From assembly GCF_028288465.1 (NCBI RefSeq), contig NZ_JAQBNR010000046.1:93219-157218 (forward strand): a stretch of DNA of 64,000 nt, given 5' to 3'. Shown in pieces: positions 10,341 to 20,425 of this stretch. Numbering within the stretch: the first letter of the stretch is position 1; each line of letters starts with the position of its first letter. Origin of the DNA: Ferruginibacter sp. (lineage in GTDB: Bacteria; Bacteroidota; Bacteroidia; Chitinophagales; Chitinophagaceae). The notes under the pieces were generated by a model. That model saw nothing but the letters and a program-made list of their open reading frames with translations, did no database searches and was not told the DNA's origin. The translations under genes were made by a program, and so were the position numbers.

Positions 10341-10793
10341 AGTTTTCTGTTTGTATATTCGCCTCTGCCGCCGGCGGGGCTGCGTAACTGCAACGATGCT
10401 GCTTTCGCTTCTTTCAAAAAATATGCTGCGCATTTTTTGAATGCCGGCAAGCCGTCACCGTAGCGAAAGAGGCATCTTATGCAGTTACTGTGTTCAACTT
10501 GAAAGAGAGATTGAAGTGCTTAATTTTCCCCGCATTTCTTTTGGCAGGCAAACTTCATAGGCCCGCTTTCCGCCGTAAGTACACTTCAAACGGCCTCGAA
10601 TAAAAAGTGCTAGAAATTTTCAGCATAAGCCGTTAAGAAATCAAGGTTGTCTGAGCCAGCACTAGACACAAAGTATTTAACTCTTCCGGCGAGATTCTTG
10701 ATTTTAGGATTGTGTTGAAAATTTCAGGCTTTTTATTCGCAGCCTTGATTTTTTTTGTTTCTTTTTTTTATCAAGAAAAAAAAGAAAGTAAGC
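10341..10793. repeat. Dispersed multi-hairpin intergenic element, copy 1 (longest)
   Basis: Aligns by eye with the reverse complement of 30489-30840, and in part with 54681-54850. Confidence 0.85.
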
Positions 10794-11018
10794 CTTATAT
10801 AAATTAGAACATTTCAGGTTTCAAATTTAATTTTACAACGTACCGACTTGTCAAATAGCCAGCTTTCAATGTCGCGAATCAACCTCATCCACCCGCTGGG
10901 CATTTAGTCTTTCAGGAGTAGGACAATTTGCAGTGAATTCCTTTGCCGTACGTTTTTTATCTTCAGCAAGAGATGCTTTCTAAAAACGTAAAGTGACTAT
11001 GAAAAAATTACCAATCTC

Positions 11019-13778
11019 TTACCTCACAATACTAACCATCCCATACATCAACTTCCTCCCGCTCCCCGGATGCAACACCCATGGATAACTTCCTGTTGGC
11101 AATGACTTTCCTTTAAACTTACCGTTCCATCCAATGGATAAATCAGTTGAATGAAAAACGATTTGCCCATAGCGGTCAAACACATCCAGGCTGGCACCGG
11201 TATAAGAATCAAGATAAGGGATGCGCCATACATCATTCAGCCCATCACCATTGGGTGAAAAAGCGGTAGGTACAAAAATATCTTTTACAACAGTTACCAG
11301 TACTTCATCTCCCGCCTTACAACCATCTGCAGACAACACTTTCAGAGTATAAGTAGTATTTATAACCGGCGAAATAGTTGGTGTTAGCACCAGGTTATTT
11401 TCAATGGCTGTGTTGGGTATCCATTCATATTGAAGATTGCTGCCACTGGCGGATGCGTTCAATACAATAGCACTACCAAGCAATAACGTTCTGTCCGGAC
11501 CAGCATTTACAACCGGTTGCTCAAACACTTTAATGGATTGTTCAGCGAAGGCGGTGCACTTGTTGGAAGCGGTAAATGTATACCGTATGATGTGATCGCC
11601 AGCTGTTGCGATGGATGCATCAAATAATCCGGATGCGTTTACTCCGGCACCGGAATAAATACCTGTTCCACTCATGCCATTTATCTCGGTTCCCTGGTTT
11701 AGCAGAAAAGGTTCAACGCCTGCACATACATTTTGCAATGCGGTAAACTGCACTTCAGGGCTTGCTTTTAATGTAATCATTTGTGTTGTTTCATTTACGC
11801 AACTAACGCCTGAATACACCACGTATTTAACCTGGATTTGCTTCGTAAGCGGAGCGGCAAAACTGTTATAAAGATGACTGTATTGTTTGCCCGTTGCTGG
11901 CAGCGAATCTGTTATTTTAGCAGTGGGGTTATTTATAAAATCCCAGTAAATTTCTGACTTTGTTATGCTGCCAAAATTTACCGAAGCCGCATCTGCAAAA
12001 ATGATGTCGCTGTTGCTGCAGAAGTTTACGGAGGGGTCGATTGTAAATTTTGCGATGGGTTGCGATCCGTTGACGGTAAAATTTTTAATGGTGTCTTTTA
12101 TACAACCATCTTTAGAAATAATTTTTAAATCAACCGGGTAAATGCCCACGCTTGTGTATGCATGTTTTGGTGATTGCTGGGCTGATACATTCAACGCCGG
12201 GGCTGCGTTCACATCTCCAAAATTCCAGGCATAAGTAAATTGTCCTTCACTGCCATCGCTGATGGAAGATGTATTGATAAATGTTGCAAAAGGATCTGCC
12301 AGGCAAATAGCAGGCAATATAAAATCAGGATGGGGCAATGGATTGGCCAGAATATTTTTTGTAACGACATTGCTGTTGCATCCTTTATCATTTTCTACCG
12401 ACAAACTCACTACATAATTTCCCTTGTCTGTAAAAATATGCGTGGGTGCTTTTGTTGTTGCAACACCTCCATCACCAAAATCCCAGTTCCATTTTTGTAT
12501 GGGTTGCCCGCCGGTAACAGACTGATCTGAAAAAAGCACGGCACTCTTTTCACAAACAGGTGCTGTAACACCAAAAGCCGCTACCGGAGAAGGATACACG
12601 GCTACCGTTGTTGAATCCAGCTTTTTACACCCGGCCGCAGTCGTTACCATAACATAATATTTTCCGGAATTTGCAACTGTTACATTTTTGACAATTATCT
12701 GGCTGCCGGTTGCGGTAAAAGTATTGGGCCCAGTCCAGTTATAAACGGATCCGCCTGTTGCGTTTAACACAATGCTATCGCCGCTGCATTTTGCACCATT
12801 GCTAGTAACGGATGTTACCGGTAATGGATTTACAATGATGGTTATCGGGTTAGAAGATACCCTGCAGGTGCTGATGCCGATGTTGATGGTTTCAGCAGCT
12901 GTCAACCTGTATAAATAAGTACCGGCATCCGTTGAAATCCGCGTGTATGCGTTACTGGTAGCACCACTTATATTGCCCCAGGTATTTCCATTGTCGGTGC
13001 TTAGCTGCCATTGGTATGCTGTAGCGGCATAGCAATTTTCTACAGTTGATTCAAAATGAAAGCTGCTGTTGTTGTCTGCACATACGTTGATGGTGTCGCC
13101 AGTATTACCGGTGATTTTTGCATCAATCGCAGGACCAGCTGGACGAAAGGTAATATCATCCAGTCCCAGATCGTTGCCCACACCCCCGGGCGAATTGTTG
13201 CGCATGCGCAATACAACCGACGATACATTTGGTGGTGTTGTAAAATAAAAACCATACTGGGCCCATGTTACAGGATTGATAATCGGAATATCGCCGGTAT
13301 CGTAAGTGCCTAAAATAGTGCCGTCTGTTTTTTCAATTGTAAAAGTAATATTCGGATTGATACCCATCACGCTGCACATGTTCAGCAGCCAGGCCGCAAA
13401 CTGGTAAGTGGTTTCGGCACAAAGCCCGTTGATTGTTTGTATGTAAAAATTACTTGGCTGGTTGGACGCATTGATCAGCATGTAGTACCCATTGCTGTTA
13501 CCCGTATGATCCGTCGCTGTATGCCAAACCACATCGCTTGCCCAGCAACCGGACGTATAATTCACAATGGAATAATAACCGTCAGAAGGACAATTAGCAC
13601 CCTGGTATTGCAAACTGCTGGTGGCACCTGTTTGCAATGGCGGACCATAGTTTGCACCTGCACCAAAACTGATGTTCACGATCGGATCGCCTAAAGATCC
13701 GGTACAGGTTTGAGCAATTGAATTTTTAACAACAACAAGCAAACAGGTAAGCAATAAAAAGCATTTTCTTAAATGCAT
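11019..13778 (-). CDS. PKD-domain surface protein with T9SS type-B (gliding-motility-associated, CHU_C) C-terminal domain
   Basis: PKD motifs WNWDFGDG and WNFGD; CTD IFVPTAFSPNGDGLNDVW...FDRYGQIVF...GWNGKFKG. Confidence 0.9.
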   Translation of the reverse strand: MHLRKCFLLLTCLLVVVKNSIAQTCTGSLGDPIVNISFGAGANYGPPLQTGATSSLQYQGANCPSDGYYSIVNYTSGCWASDVVWHTATDHTGNSNGYYMLINASNQPSNFYIQTINGLCAETTYQFAAWLLNMCSVMGINPNITFTIEKTDGTILGTYDTGDIPIINPVTWAQYGFYFTTPPNVSSVVLRMRNNSPGGVGNDLGLDDITFRPAGPAIDAKITGNTGDTINVCADNNSSFHFESTVENCYAATAYQWQLSTDNGNTWGNISGATSNAYTRISTDAGTYLYRLTAAETINIGISTCRVSSNPITIIVNPLPVTSVTSNGAKCSGDSIVLNATGGSVYNWTGPNTFTATGSQIIVKNVTVANSGKYYVMVTTAAGCKKLDSTTVAVYPSPVAAFGVTAPVCEKSAVLFSDQSVTGGQPIQKWNWDFGDGGVATTKAPTHIFTDKGNYVVSLSVENDKGCNSNVVTKNILANPLPHPDFILPAICLADPFATFINTSSISDGSEGQFTYAWNFGDVNAAPALNVSAQQSPKHAYTSVGIYPVDLKIISKDGCIKDTIKNFTVNGSQPIAKFTIDPSVNFCSNSDIIFADAASVNFGSITKSEIYWDFINNPTAKITDSLPATGKQYSHLYNSFAAPLTKQIQVKYVVYSGVSCVNETTQMITLKASPEVQFTALQNVCAGVEPFLLNQGTEINGMSGTGIYSGAGVNASGLFDASIATAGDHIIRYTFTASNKCTAFAEQSIKVFEQPVVNAGPDRTLLLGSAIVLNASASGSNLQYEWIPNTAIENNLVLTPTISPVINTTYTLKVLSADGCKAGDEVLVTVVKDIFVPTAFSPNGDGLNDVWRIPYLDSYTGASLDVFDRYGQIVFHSTDLSIGWNGKFKGKSLPTGSYPWVLHPGSGRKLMYGMVSIVR

Positions 13779-13849
13779 ACAATCAAATAATTTTTTCTCA
13801 TCCCTTTTAAATTAAACTTCCTGTTCATTACCATTTCTGCTGGCTGGTA

Positions 13850-16126
13850 CTACTCCAATTTCTTTGTCAGTGAAAATGGTTTGTCTTCTTCCTTCAATCC
13901 GCGGTTGGTTTGGGGCTTGTCAGCCATCCCCAGTTTTAATACACCGCCATTCGTAATATCACTGTGTGTTAAAAAGTTTTTGGTATACACCTTTCCATTG
14001 AGGCTGGCAGATTTTATATACACATTTTCATTGCTATTCAAAGGCGCTTCAATAATAAATTTCTTTCCGTTCTCCAGGTTGATGGTTGTTTTTTTAAACA
14101 AAGGGCTACCCATCACATACTCGCCTGTACCGGGCGTTACGCTGTAAAAGCCAAGCGCACTCAGTACATACCAGGAGGAGGTTTGACCCTGGTCTTCATC
14201 ACCGGGATAACCGTCTTCTGTTGCATTGTACAGTTTGTGCATCACCTCACGTGTATGGTACTGCGCCTTCCATGGTTCGCCTGCAAAATTGTACAGGTAA
14301 ACCATGTGCTGTATGGGCTGGTTGCCATGTGCATACTGCCCCATATTGGCCATTACCATTTCCGTCATTTCATGAATCATGCCGCCATAAGAACCCACGT
14401 TTACTTTGTTGGGTTCTGTAAAAACAGCATCCAGTTTTGCAGTAAATTTTTTATCGCCGCCCATTAAATTGATAAGGCCTTTGATGTCCTGGAATACCGA
14501 CCACTCCCAGTGCCAGGCATTGCCTTCTGTAAACGGACCGCCCCATTCTGCCGGGTCAAAATTGGGCCGCCACAATCCATTGCTGTCACGCCCACGCATA
14601 AAGCCGGTGGTGGAATCGTACACATTTTTATAGTTGTACATCTGCCGTTGAAAAACATTTGCATAAAAATTGTTACCGGTGACTTTGGCTAACTGGTAGC
14701 CGCAAAAATCATCATACGCATACTCCAACGTTTTGGCCGTAGCCTCCCTGTATTTGGTATAAGGCACATAACCCAGCTGCGCATATTCTTTCCATCCATC
14801 TCTTCCATTGGACGGACCCCATGGCCCTTTGTTGGTGGCTTCATGCAGGTATGCTTTTAAAGCCGCATTGGGATCGAACGTGTGAATTCCCTTCGCCCAG
14901 GCATCCGTAAATAAACTGATGGCGTGGTTACCAATCATGCTGCCGGCTTCACTTGGGAAAGACCAGGAAGGCAGCCAGCCGCACTGATCATAAGCGTCCA
15001 GCATGGCCTGCATGTATTGCCCCTGCATGGTAGGATGCAACAAGGTGTTTAAAGGAAACTGCGCCCTGAATGTATCCCAGAAGCCGGTGTCAGTAAACAT
15101 ATAGCCGTCATGCACTTTGCCATCATACGGACTAAAATAATGTGGCTTGCCATCTTTATCAACTTCATAAAATTTTCTGGAGAACAAACTCGCCCTGAAG
15201 AAGCAGGAATAAAATGTTGACATGTCTGCTTCGCTGCCACCTTCTACCTGAACTTTATTCAGTGACTTGTTCCATATAGCTGCTGCTTTATTTTTTGTTT
15301 GTTCCAGCGTTTTATCAGCGCCCAGTTCCTGTTGTAAATTTAATTCTGCCTGCTCCGGGCTGATGTAAGACGATGCCACTTTTAACTGCACTTTCGCTCC
15401 GGCCTTGAATTGTACATAAGCGCCGAAACCATTTCCCTCTCCGGTTGCAGAATCGGCGTACACTTTGTTCTGCCTGTTTTCCCAGGTACCGTATTTTATA
15501 AATGGCTGATCAAAATAAACAACAAAAAAGTTTTTGAATCCTTTTTTAAAACCTTCGCCATTGTTTACATAGCCGGTAATTTTATTTTGCTTGGGATCAA
15601 TTTTTATGGCGCTGATATTGGTATAGCCATCCAGCACGAGGTAACTTTTTTTTGCCTTTGGATAAGAGAAACGAAGATGTGCACCTCTTTCAGTGGGCGC
15701 TATTTCTGTCGTGATTTTATTATCAAAACTTACTTTATAATAGTTGGGTTTTGCAATTTCATTGGCATGACTAAACGTTGCTTCCCGCTCGTTTTCATTC
15801 ACCACCAGTTGATCAACCATTGGCATAAAAGAAAAAACGGCATAATCTCTTGTCCAGGAGCTGCACTGGTGCGCCTGCTGAAAGCCGCGTATTTTATTTT
15901 TGAAATACTGGTACTTCCAGCCATCGCCGTTTTTGCCCGTCTGCGGTGTCCAGGTATGCATACCAAAAGGCAATGCGGTTGTGGGATAAGTATTGCCCCT
16001 CGTTAATTCGTGTTTTGAATTGGTGCCCTGCAATGTGTTTACATATTTTACCAAATCCAACTCCTGCGCATGCAGGCTATTGGTAAACAGGCAAGCGGCT
16101 GCTAAAAAGATACTTGTAAATTTCAT
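13850..16126 (-). CDS. GH92 alpha-mannosidase
   Basis: GNTYP..ALPFGM..WTPQT, WDTFRA, FTEGNAWHW, QYAHGNQP.QH, PGDEDQGQTSSWYVLSALGFY. Confidence 0.95.
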   Translation of the reverse strand: MKFTSIFLAAACLFTNSLHAQELDLVKYVNTLQGTNSKHELTRGNTYPTTALPFGMHTWTPQTGKNGDGWKYQYFKNKIRGFQQAHQCSSWTRDYAVFSFMPMVDQLVVNENEREATFSHANEIAKPNYYKVSFDNKITTEIAPTERGAHLRFSYPKAKKSYLVLDGYTNISAIKIDPKQNKITGYVNNGEGFKKGFKNFFVVYFDQPFIKYGTWENRQNKVYADSATGEGNGFGAYVQFKAGAKVQLKVASSYISPEQAELNLQQELGADKTLEQTKNKAAAIWNKSLNKVQVEGGSEADMSTFYSCFFRASLFSRKFYEVDKDGKPHYFSPYDGKVHDGYMFTDTGFWDTFRAQFPLNTLLHPTMQGQYMQAMLDAYDQCGWLPSWSFPSEAGSMIGNHAISLFTDAWAKGIHTFDPNAALKAYLHEATNKGPWGPSNGRDGWKEYAQLGYVPYTKYREATAKTLEYAYDDFCGYQLAKVTGNNFYANVFQRQMYNYKNVYDSTTGFMRGRDSNGLWRPNFDPAEWGGPFTEGNAWHWEWSVFQDIKGLINLMGGDKKFTAKLDAVFTEPNKVNVGSYGGMIHEMTEMVMANMGQYAHGNQPIQHMVYLYNFAGEPWKAQYHTREVMHKLYNATEDGYPGDEDQGQTSSWYVLSALGFYSVTPGTGEYVMGSPLFKKTTINLENGKKFIIEAPLNSNENVYIKSASLNGKVYTKNFLTHSDITNGGVLKLGMADKPQTNRGLKEEDKPFSLTKKLE

Positions 16127-16309
16127 GTGGAATTGCTGCTATTTTACAAACCTTTTACAGTGGCAGATATGGCTATAGAATGGACATGCATTTTAACCTG
16201 CCAAATAAAAAATCCGGTACTTGTAAAAATAACTCAAATGCCAGCAAGCATTTTAGCCGCCGCCTTTAATGAACTGATTTGAATAGAAGATGATACAAAA
16301 AACAATCGC

Positions 16310-16822
16310 CTACATGGTAGGATGCTGTTGATAGATGGTCCACTGCTGCAGCTTGGTGCCGCTCTTTTTGGCAAGCGTGATGCCCGTATCGGTGGTACCA
16401 TTCTTATCAACCGGCGTAACGTACAGTTCCGTTCCTTTGGCCCTGATGAGGTAAACATTTTTTTCTACGGGGATGAAATCATACAACTGGTTGGCCTGCG
16501 CTTCCACCAATGGCTGCTGCTCCAGGGTAATGCCTTCTGCCGGGGTAATTTCTTTTGGCTGAAAGGTTTTGCTGGTAAATAAATTTTTCAGCTGGTAGGT
16601 CTGCCCTGCCACATGTTTAAAATCCCATGTCATACATTTCCAGTTAACCGGCGAATAAGCCACCAGCGGCGTACCATTTTTACCATTCGCATCTTTAATG
16701 CGCAGCAACATACCGGTCTGTACATTTTTGATAGCGTAGGTGCCCTGGATGACCTGGGCAGATGCTGAACCCGAAACAAAAAGAAAAAAAGTAAAAAGTA
16801 AAAATGGAAATATTTTTTTCAT
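16310..16822 (-). CDS. Secreted ricin-B (RICIN) lectin-domain protein
   Basis: Signal peptide; GTYAIKNVQTG, YQLKN, YLIRAK and QQW-type beta-trefoil repeats. Confidence 0.8.
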   Translation of the reverse strand: MKKIFPFLLFTFFLFVSGSASAQVIQGTYAIKNVQTGMLLRIKDANGKNGTPLVAYSPVNWKCMTWDFKHVAGQTYQLKNLFTSKTFQPKEITPAEGITLEQQPLVEAQANQLYDFIPVEKNVYLIRAKGTELYVTPVDKNGTTDTGITLAKKSGTKLQQWTIYQQHPTM

Positions 16823-17154
16823 GACAATAAAAGTTTAGATAACAATTGTTACCGATGATACAAATTAACGTGCCCATTTTTGTTAATTTGAAGAAACAAC
16901 AAAGTTAGAGGATGCTATATGCAGTTTCTTTCATTATTTAAGCTAACTGTACAGAAGAAGGTTTACTGTTTCTGTCAAACTCAGCATTTGTAAATTCATC
17001 TGTTAACCCTTAAACAATCGTTTAAATATAAGATTCAGCAATGCCTCAATTTTTGTTTCGAAGTGTCTTCCCTTTATCTTTAGCAAATAAAATTATTCAA
17101 TGGTCGTTATGCCAGCAAGAGTTGACGAAAACGACTTGCTTAAATGAGATTTAA

Positions 17155-18261
17155 ATGAGAAGAGTACTTTTGTTTCTGATTTTTGTTGCAGCTCGTTGCA
17201 ACATTTATTGCCAAACCAATGAAGCTGCGAATGTAAACGCACTTCCTGTTTCCATCAATGAAGTAATGAATCAGTTAAGTGATGATACGGTTATGTTATA
17301 CTATAATGAGAGATGGCAGCTGGTAAAACCTGCTTGCGCACTCATGTTCAGGGTTTCCAAAATTGATACGATGTTAATGACTTTTACTGGACAATTTGTT
17401 GACTATTTCATGGATAGTTCGATAGCCGTTGAAGGTAGCTATGCAAAAGGGAAAAAAGAAGGTCTCTTTAAACTATATTTTGACAACGGGCAGTTGGCCC
17501 AAACCGGTAATTACAGTAATGACAAAAAAAGCGGCCTGTGGCAGTATTATTATGAAAGCGGGGCAAAACAACAAGTGTTCAACTTTACCAACAATGAAAT
17601 TTTGATAGAGGAATTTTGGACTGAAGACGGCAAGAAAATGGTGGACTCAGGAAAAGGTGATTGGTTTGGTTATGCAGCCGCTGACAAATTCAGAAAAATT
17701 TCCGGCAAGGTCGTCAACGGCAAAAAAGATGGAACATGGACAAATACCATTGCTTCACAAAAATTTATTACGAATATTGAAAATTACAGGGAAGGAATTT
17801 TGACCAGTGGGAAAATGATTTCAAAATTCAATCGCGATGAGGCATACAAAGACACTTCATACTGTAATATCGAACAGATTCCGGGATTTTTGAATGCAGA
17901 ACAATTTCAAATCAACAGGTGTTTTAACAACGTTACCAAACGTAATTATGAACAGGCGCAATACCCAGGCGGAATAGAACGCTTCTACAAGGAACTGAGG
18001 CAGAAATATGATTACATTACCCGTTCTGGTTTAAATCTTCCCACGCCGGCGGTTTACGGTTATATCACCGTATTAATCACAATTAATGAGAAGGGGCAAA
18101 TGACCAACTTTAAACCTCAGTCAGGTATTGGGGAGGAAGTTCACCTTATTGATGCAATGAAAATGATGAATGTATCGGCAGCTGGCTGGAAACCAGCAAA
18201 ACTCGATGGCAAGCCAACATCGGAGACGAAAATTATAAGTGTTGAGCTTCGCTTACAATAG
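17155..18261 (+). CDS. MORN-variant (YwqK-like) repeat protein with C-terminal TonB_C-like domain
   Basis: Repeats GKKEGLFKLYFDNGQLAQTGNYSNDKKSGLWQYYYESG; C-terminal YPGG...ITINEKGQM...WKPAKLDGKP. Confidence 0.7.
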   Translation: MRRVLLFLIFVAARCNIYCQTNEAANVNALPVSINEVMNQLSDDTVMLYYNERWQLVKPACALMFRVSKIDTMLMTFTGQFVDYFMDSSIAVEGSYAKGKKEGLFKLYFDNGQLAQTGNYSNDKKSGLWQYYYESGAKQQVFNFTNNEILIEEFWTEDGKKMVDSGKGDWFGYAAADKFRKISGKVVNGKKDGTWTNTIASQKFITNIENYREGILTSGKMISKFNRDEAYKDTSYCNIEQIPGFLNAEQFQINRCFNNVTKRNYEQAQYPGGIERFYKELRQKYDYITRSGLNLPTPAVYGYITVLITINEKGQMTNFKPQSGIGEEVHLIDAMKMMNVSAAGWKPAKLDGKPTSETKIISVELRLQ

Positions 18262-18389
18262 ATTTTATTGGTGTCCTGGCCTGTGCAATCAATAAAATCT
18301 TCTAATCTCCGTGTCTTCCATTTGCGGTGTAAAAATGTACAAGGGAGCCAACGCTTTACCCGACTTGCATCTTGCGCCATTGCAAGTGT

Positions 18390-18971
18390 TCAACTATTTG
18401 AAGATTTGTTTGCATTAGCGGATGAGGATCTTTTCGCAGCAAGTTCTTCATCTAACTTATCAAACCGCAGGCCTTTCAAACTTATTACAACAGATGAAGC
18501 CATTAAATCATGAACAGCCCGCCGTTTCCTATTTAAAAACATTGTGATCAATTCAATAATGAACCACAAAAATGATGTCCAACTAATTATGCTTTCTGCA
18601 ACGGAAGAGACTTCATCGGTTACAGAAAGTACTTCAATGGCATGCAGGCCCAGAATGCATAAACTCAATATTTGTAAAATTATTGGCACTGAATCCCTCA
18701 AGATGGCTCTCTTTATCCCGATAACTTTTCTTTCTCCCAAGTCGAGCACCTTTACGCCCATGATAATTTTGCCAATTGTTTGCCCGAACAAACCTGTTAG
18801 TAAAACACTGTAAAGGAAAGGAAGAATTGATAACGCAACCGTCAAAGCAAAGGAAGGTAATTGAGTGTAAGAAAAAATATACTTTGCGCAAAGCAAGGAG
18901 ATTATGGTTAGAATGATTCCATCAAATAATCCGGCGCCTAATCTTCGCCAAAAAGCATAATATCTTTCCAT
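18390..18971 (-). CDS. RDD family membrane protein
   Basis: AFWRRLGAGLFD, GQTIGKIIMGVKV, RRAVHDLMASSVV. Confidence 0.9.
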   Translation of the reverse strand: MERYYAFWRRLGAGLFDGIILTIISLLCAKYIFSYTQLPSFALTVALSILPFLYSVLLTGLFGQTIGKIIMGVKVLDLGERKVIGIKRAILRDSVPIILQILSLCILGLHAIEVLSVTDEVSSVAESIISWTSFLWFIIELITMFLNRKRRAVHDLMASSVVISLKGLRFDKLDEELAAKRSSSANANKSSNS

Positions 18972-19159
18972 AGGTTATAAGTTTCGAAGGCACAGAGGAC
19001 AGCTCATATATCAATGTCGTCTCATGCAAGTAAAGCAAAAAGCTTGAAACTAAAAACCAATTTTTTATGGGTACAGAGAGCCTGTTGTGTTGGCCTCAAT
19101 GTCTCACTAATATTTAATCAATAAATGATAATTATAAGGTACAACACAGGATCAGCTAC

Positions 19160-20158
19160 TCAATCTACAGTAACCGCATATCGAAAACTCCCCTTATCAA
19201 CAACCAATTTATCAATCCCCGATGTTTCATCGTTTTCAAATTTCACTTGTATAATAGCCGTTCTCCTCGGCGTTGGTTTGGTAGCTGAAAAATGGGTATG
19301 AAAAACATAGGTCAATTGGTGTGTTGCATCCATCACAAAATCACCATGGCCGGTGCCGTTGACGCCCAACATATTTTTGCTGATGATGGGATTGCCGGCA
19401 TATTTTTTCCATGGGCCATAGGGTGAGCTGCTGGTGGCGTAACCTACCGCGTAATCGGGGTTACGGAAATCATTGGCGGTGTAGAAGAGGTAGTAGAAGT
19501 TGTTGTGTTTCAATACCGACGGGCCTTCTGTGACGGGCCAGTTGGTATTGGCGGTATTTTCCCAGGCATCGGTTGCGGTGATGCATTCTTTTAAAGTAGC
19601 TGGTTTAATGGCCGAAAGATCAGCTTCCATTTCGGCGACAAATATTTTGTTACCGCCGGTTAAGCGCACATGGTACAAATATTTTTTACCATCCTCATCT
19701 ATAAAAACAAAAGGATCAATTTGCCGGATGGGTGCATCGAGTTGTTTGATTATTTTTTGTGTAAACGGTCCGGCAGGACTGCCACTTGTTGCTATGGCAA
19801 TATTTTCATCGGCAACATAAGCCATGTAAAAACTATCTTTCTGCTGAAAAACCTGCGGCGCCCAAAAGCCTTTTGTTCCATAGGCTTCTCCTTTTTTAAG
19901 CACCCAACCATCCGGTGAAGTAGTTGACTTTACCCAACGCTTCATGTCTTTTGAAGTATAGGCTATAAAGCCGTTACCTGAATTTCCTTCTACCGTTCCG
20001 TACAAATAATAAACGCCTTTGTTGTAGAAAATGGTCGGGTCTGCAAGATGAATCGTGTCCTGGTTTTTATTGGTTGATTGAGCTTCCGCATGCAGGCAAA
20101 GAATTGCAGCGAAGCAACCTGATACAATTAAACAAGAGAGGATTTTTTTTATGTTCAT
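19160..20158 (-). CDS. GH43 glycoside hydrolase
   Basis: LADP, FWAPQV, IDPFVF, TEGP, GHG motifs; signal peptide. Confidence 0.9.
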   Translation of the reverse strand: MNIKKILSCLIVSGCFAAILCLHAEAQSTNKNQDTIHLADPTIFYNKGVYYLYGTVEGNSGNGFIAYTSKDMKRWVKSTTSPDGWVLKKGEAYGTKGFWAPQVFQQKDSFYMAYVADENIAIATSGSPAGPFTQKIIKQLDAPIRQIDPFVFIDEDGKKYLYHVRLTGGNKIFVAEMEADLSAIKPATLKECITATDAWENTANTNWPVTEGPSVLKHNNFYYLFYTANDFRNPDYAVGYATSSSPYGPWKKYAGNPIISKNMLGVNGTGHGDFVMDATHQLTYVFHTHFSATKPTPRRTAIIQVKFENDETSGIDKLVVDKGSFRYAVTVD

Positions 20159-20249
20159 GCTACAACAATTTTTATAAAATGGAATTGAATAATGAATACT
20201 TCTTTTAACGAAATCGATGTTGCTTACTTAAAATTTAGTTGTCCCTGAT

Positions 20250-20333
20250 CAACCGCCGACGGGGCTTATAGCCGCCGTCGGGGTTTGTTGGGTTGTTCAA
20301 CCCGTCAGCGGTTGCAAACCCTGACGGCGGTTG
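20250..20333. repeat. Inverted pair of GC-rich REP-like hairpins
   Basis: CCGACGG-GGCTTATAGCC-GCCGTCGG and CCGTCAG-CGGTTGCAAACC-CTGACGG; both units start CAACCGCCG on opposite strands. Confidence 0.65.
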
Positions 20334-20425
20334 TTGTTAAATGAACAATATTGAATTGCAAATCTTTTACAATTCATTTTCAACTGATTAAATGGATAAC
20401 CAATAATTTAAAACAAGGGACACTA

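Noticed and set aside
10341-10793. Multi-hairpin element as an autonomous IS
   Set aside because: No transposase ORF and no terminal inverted repeats; kept only as a non-coding repeat
10830-11000. Short minus-strand open stretch (KASLAEDKKRTAKEF...)
   Set aside because: No start codon in frame and no recognisable homology
15410-16006. Long antisense ORFs (also 22643..23221, 39116..39676, 45117..45710, 48272..48766)
   Set aside because: They lie opposite well-supported genes and lack motifs; shadow ORFs
17155-18261. YwqK-like protein as the antitoxin of a TA system
   Set aside because: No adjacent toxin gene; the repeats are generic MORN variants and the protein has a signal peptide and a TonB_C-like domain
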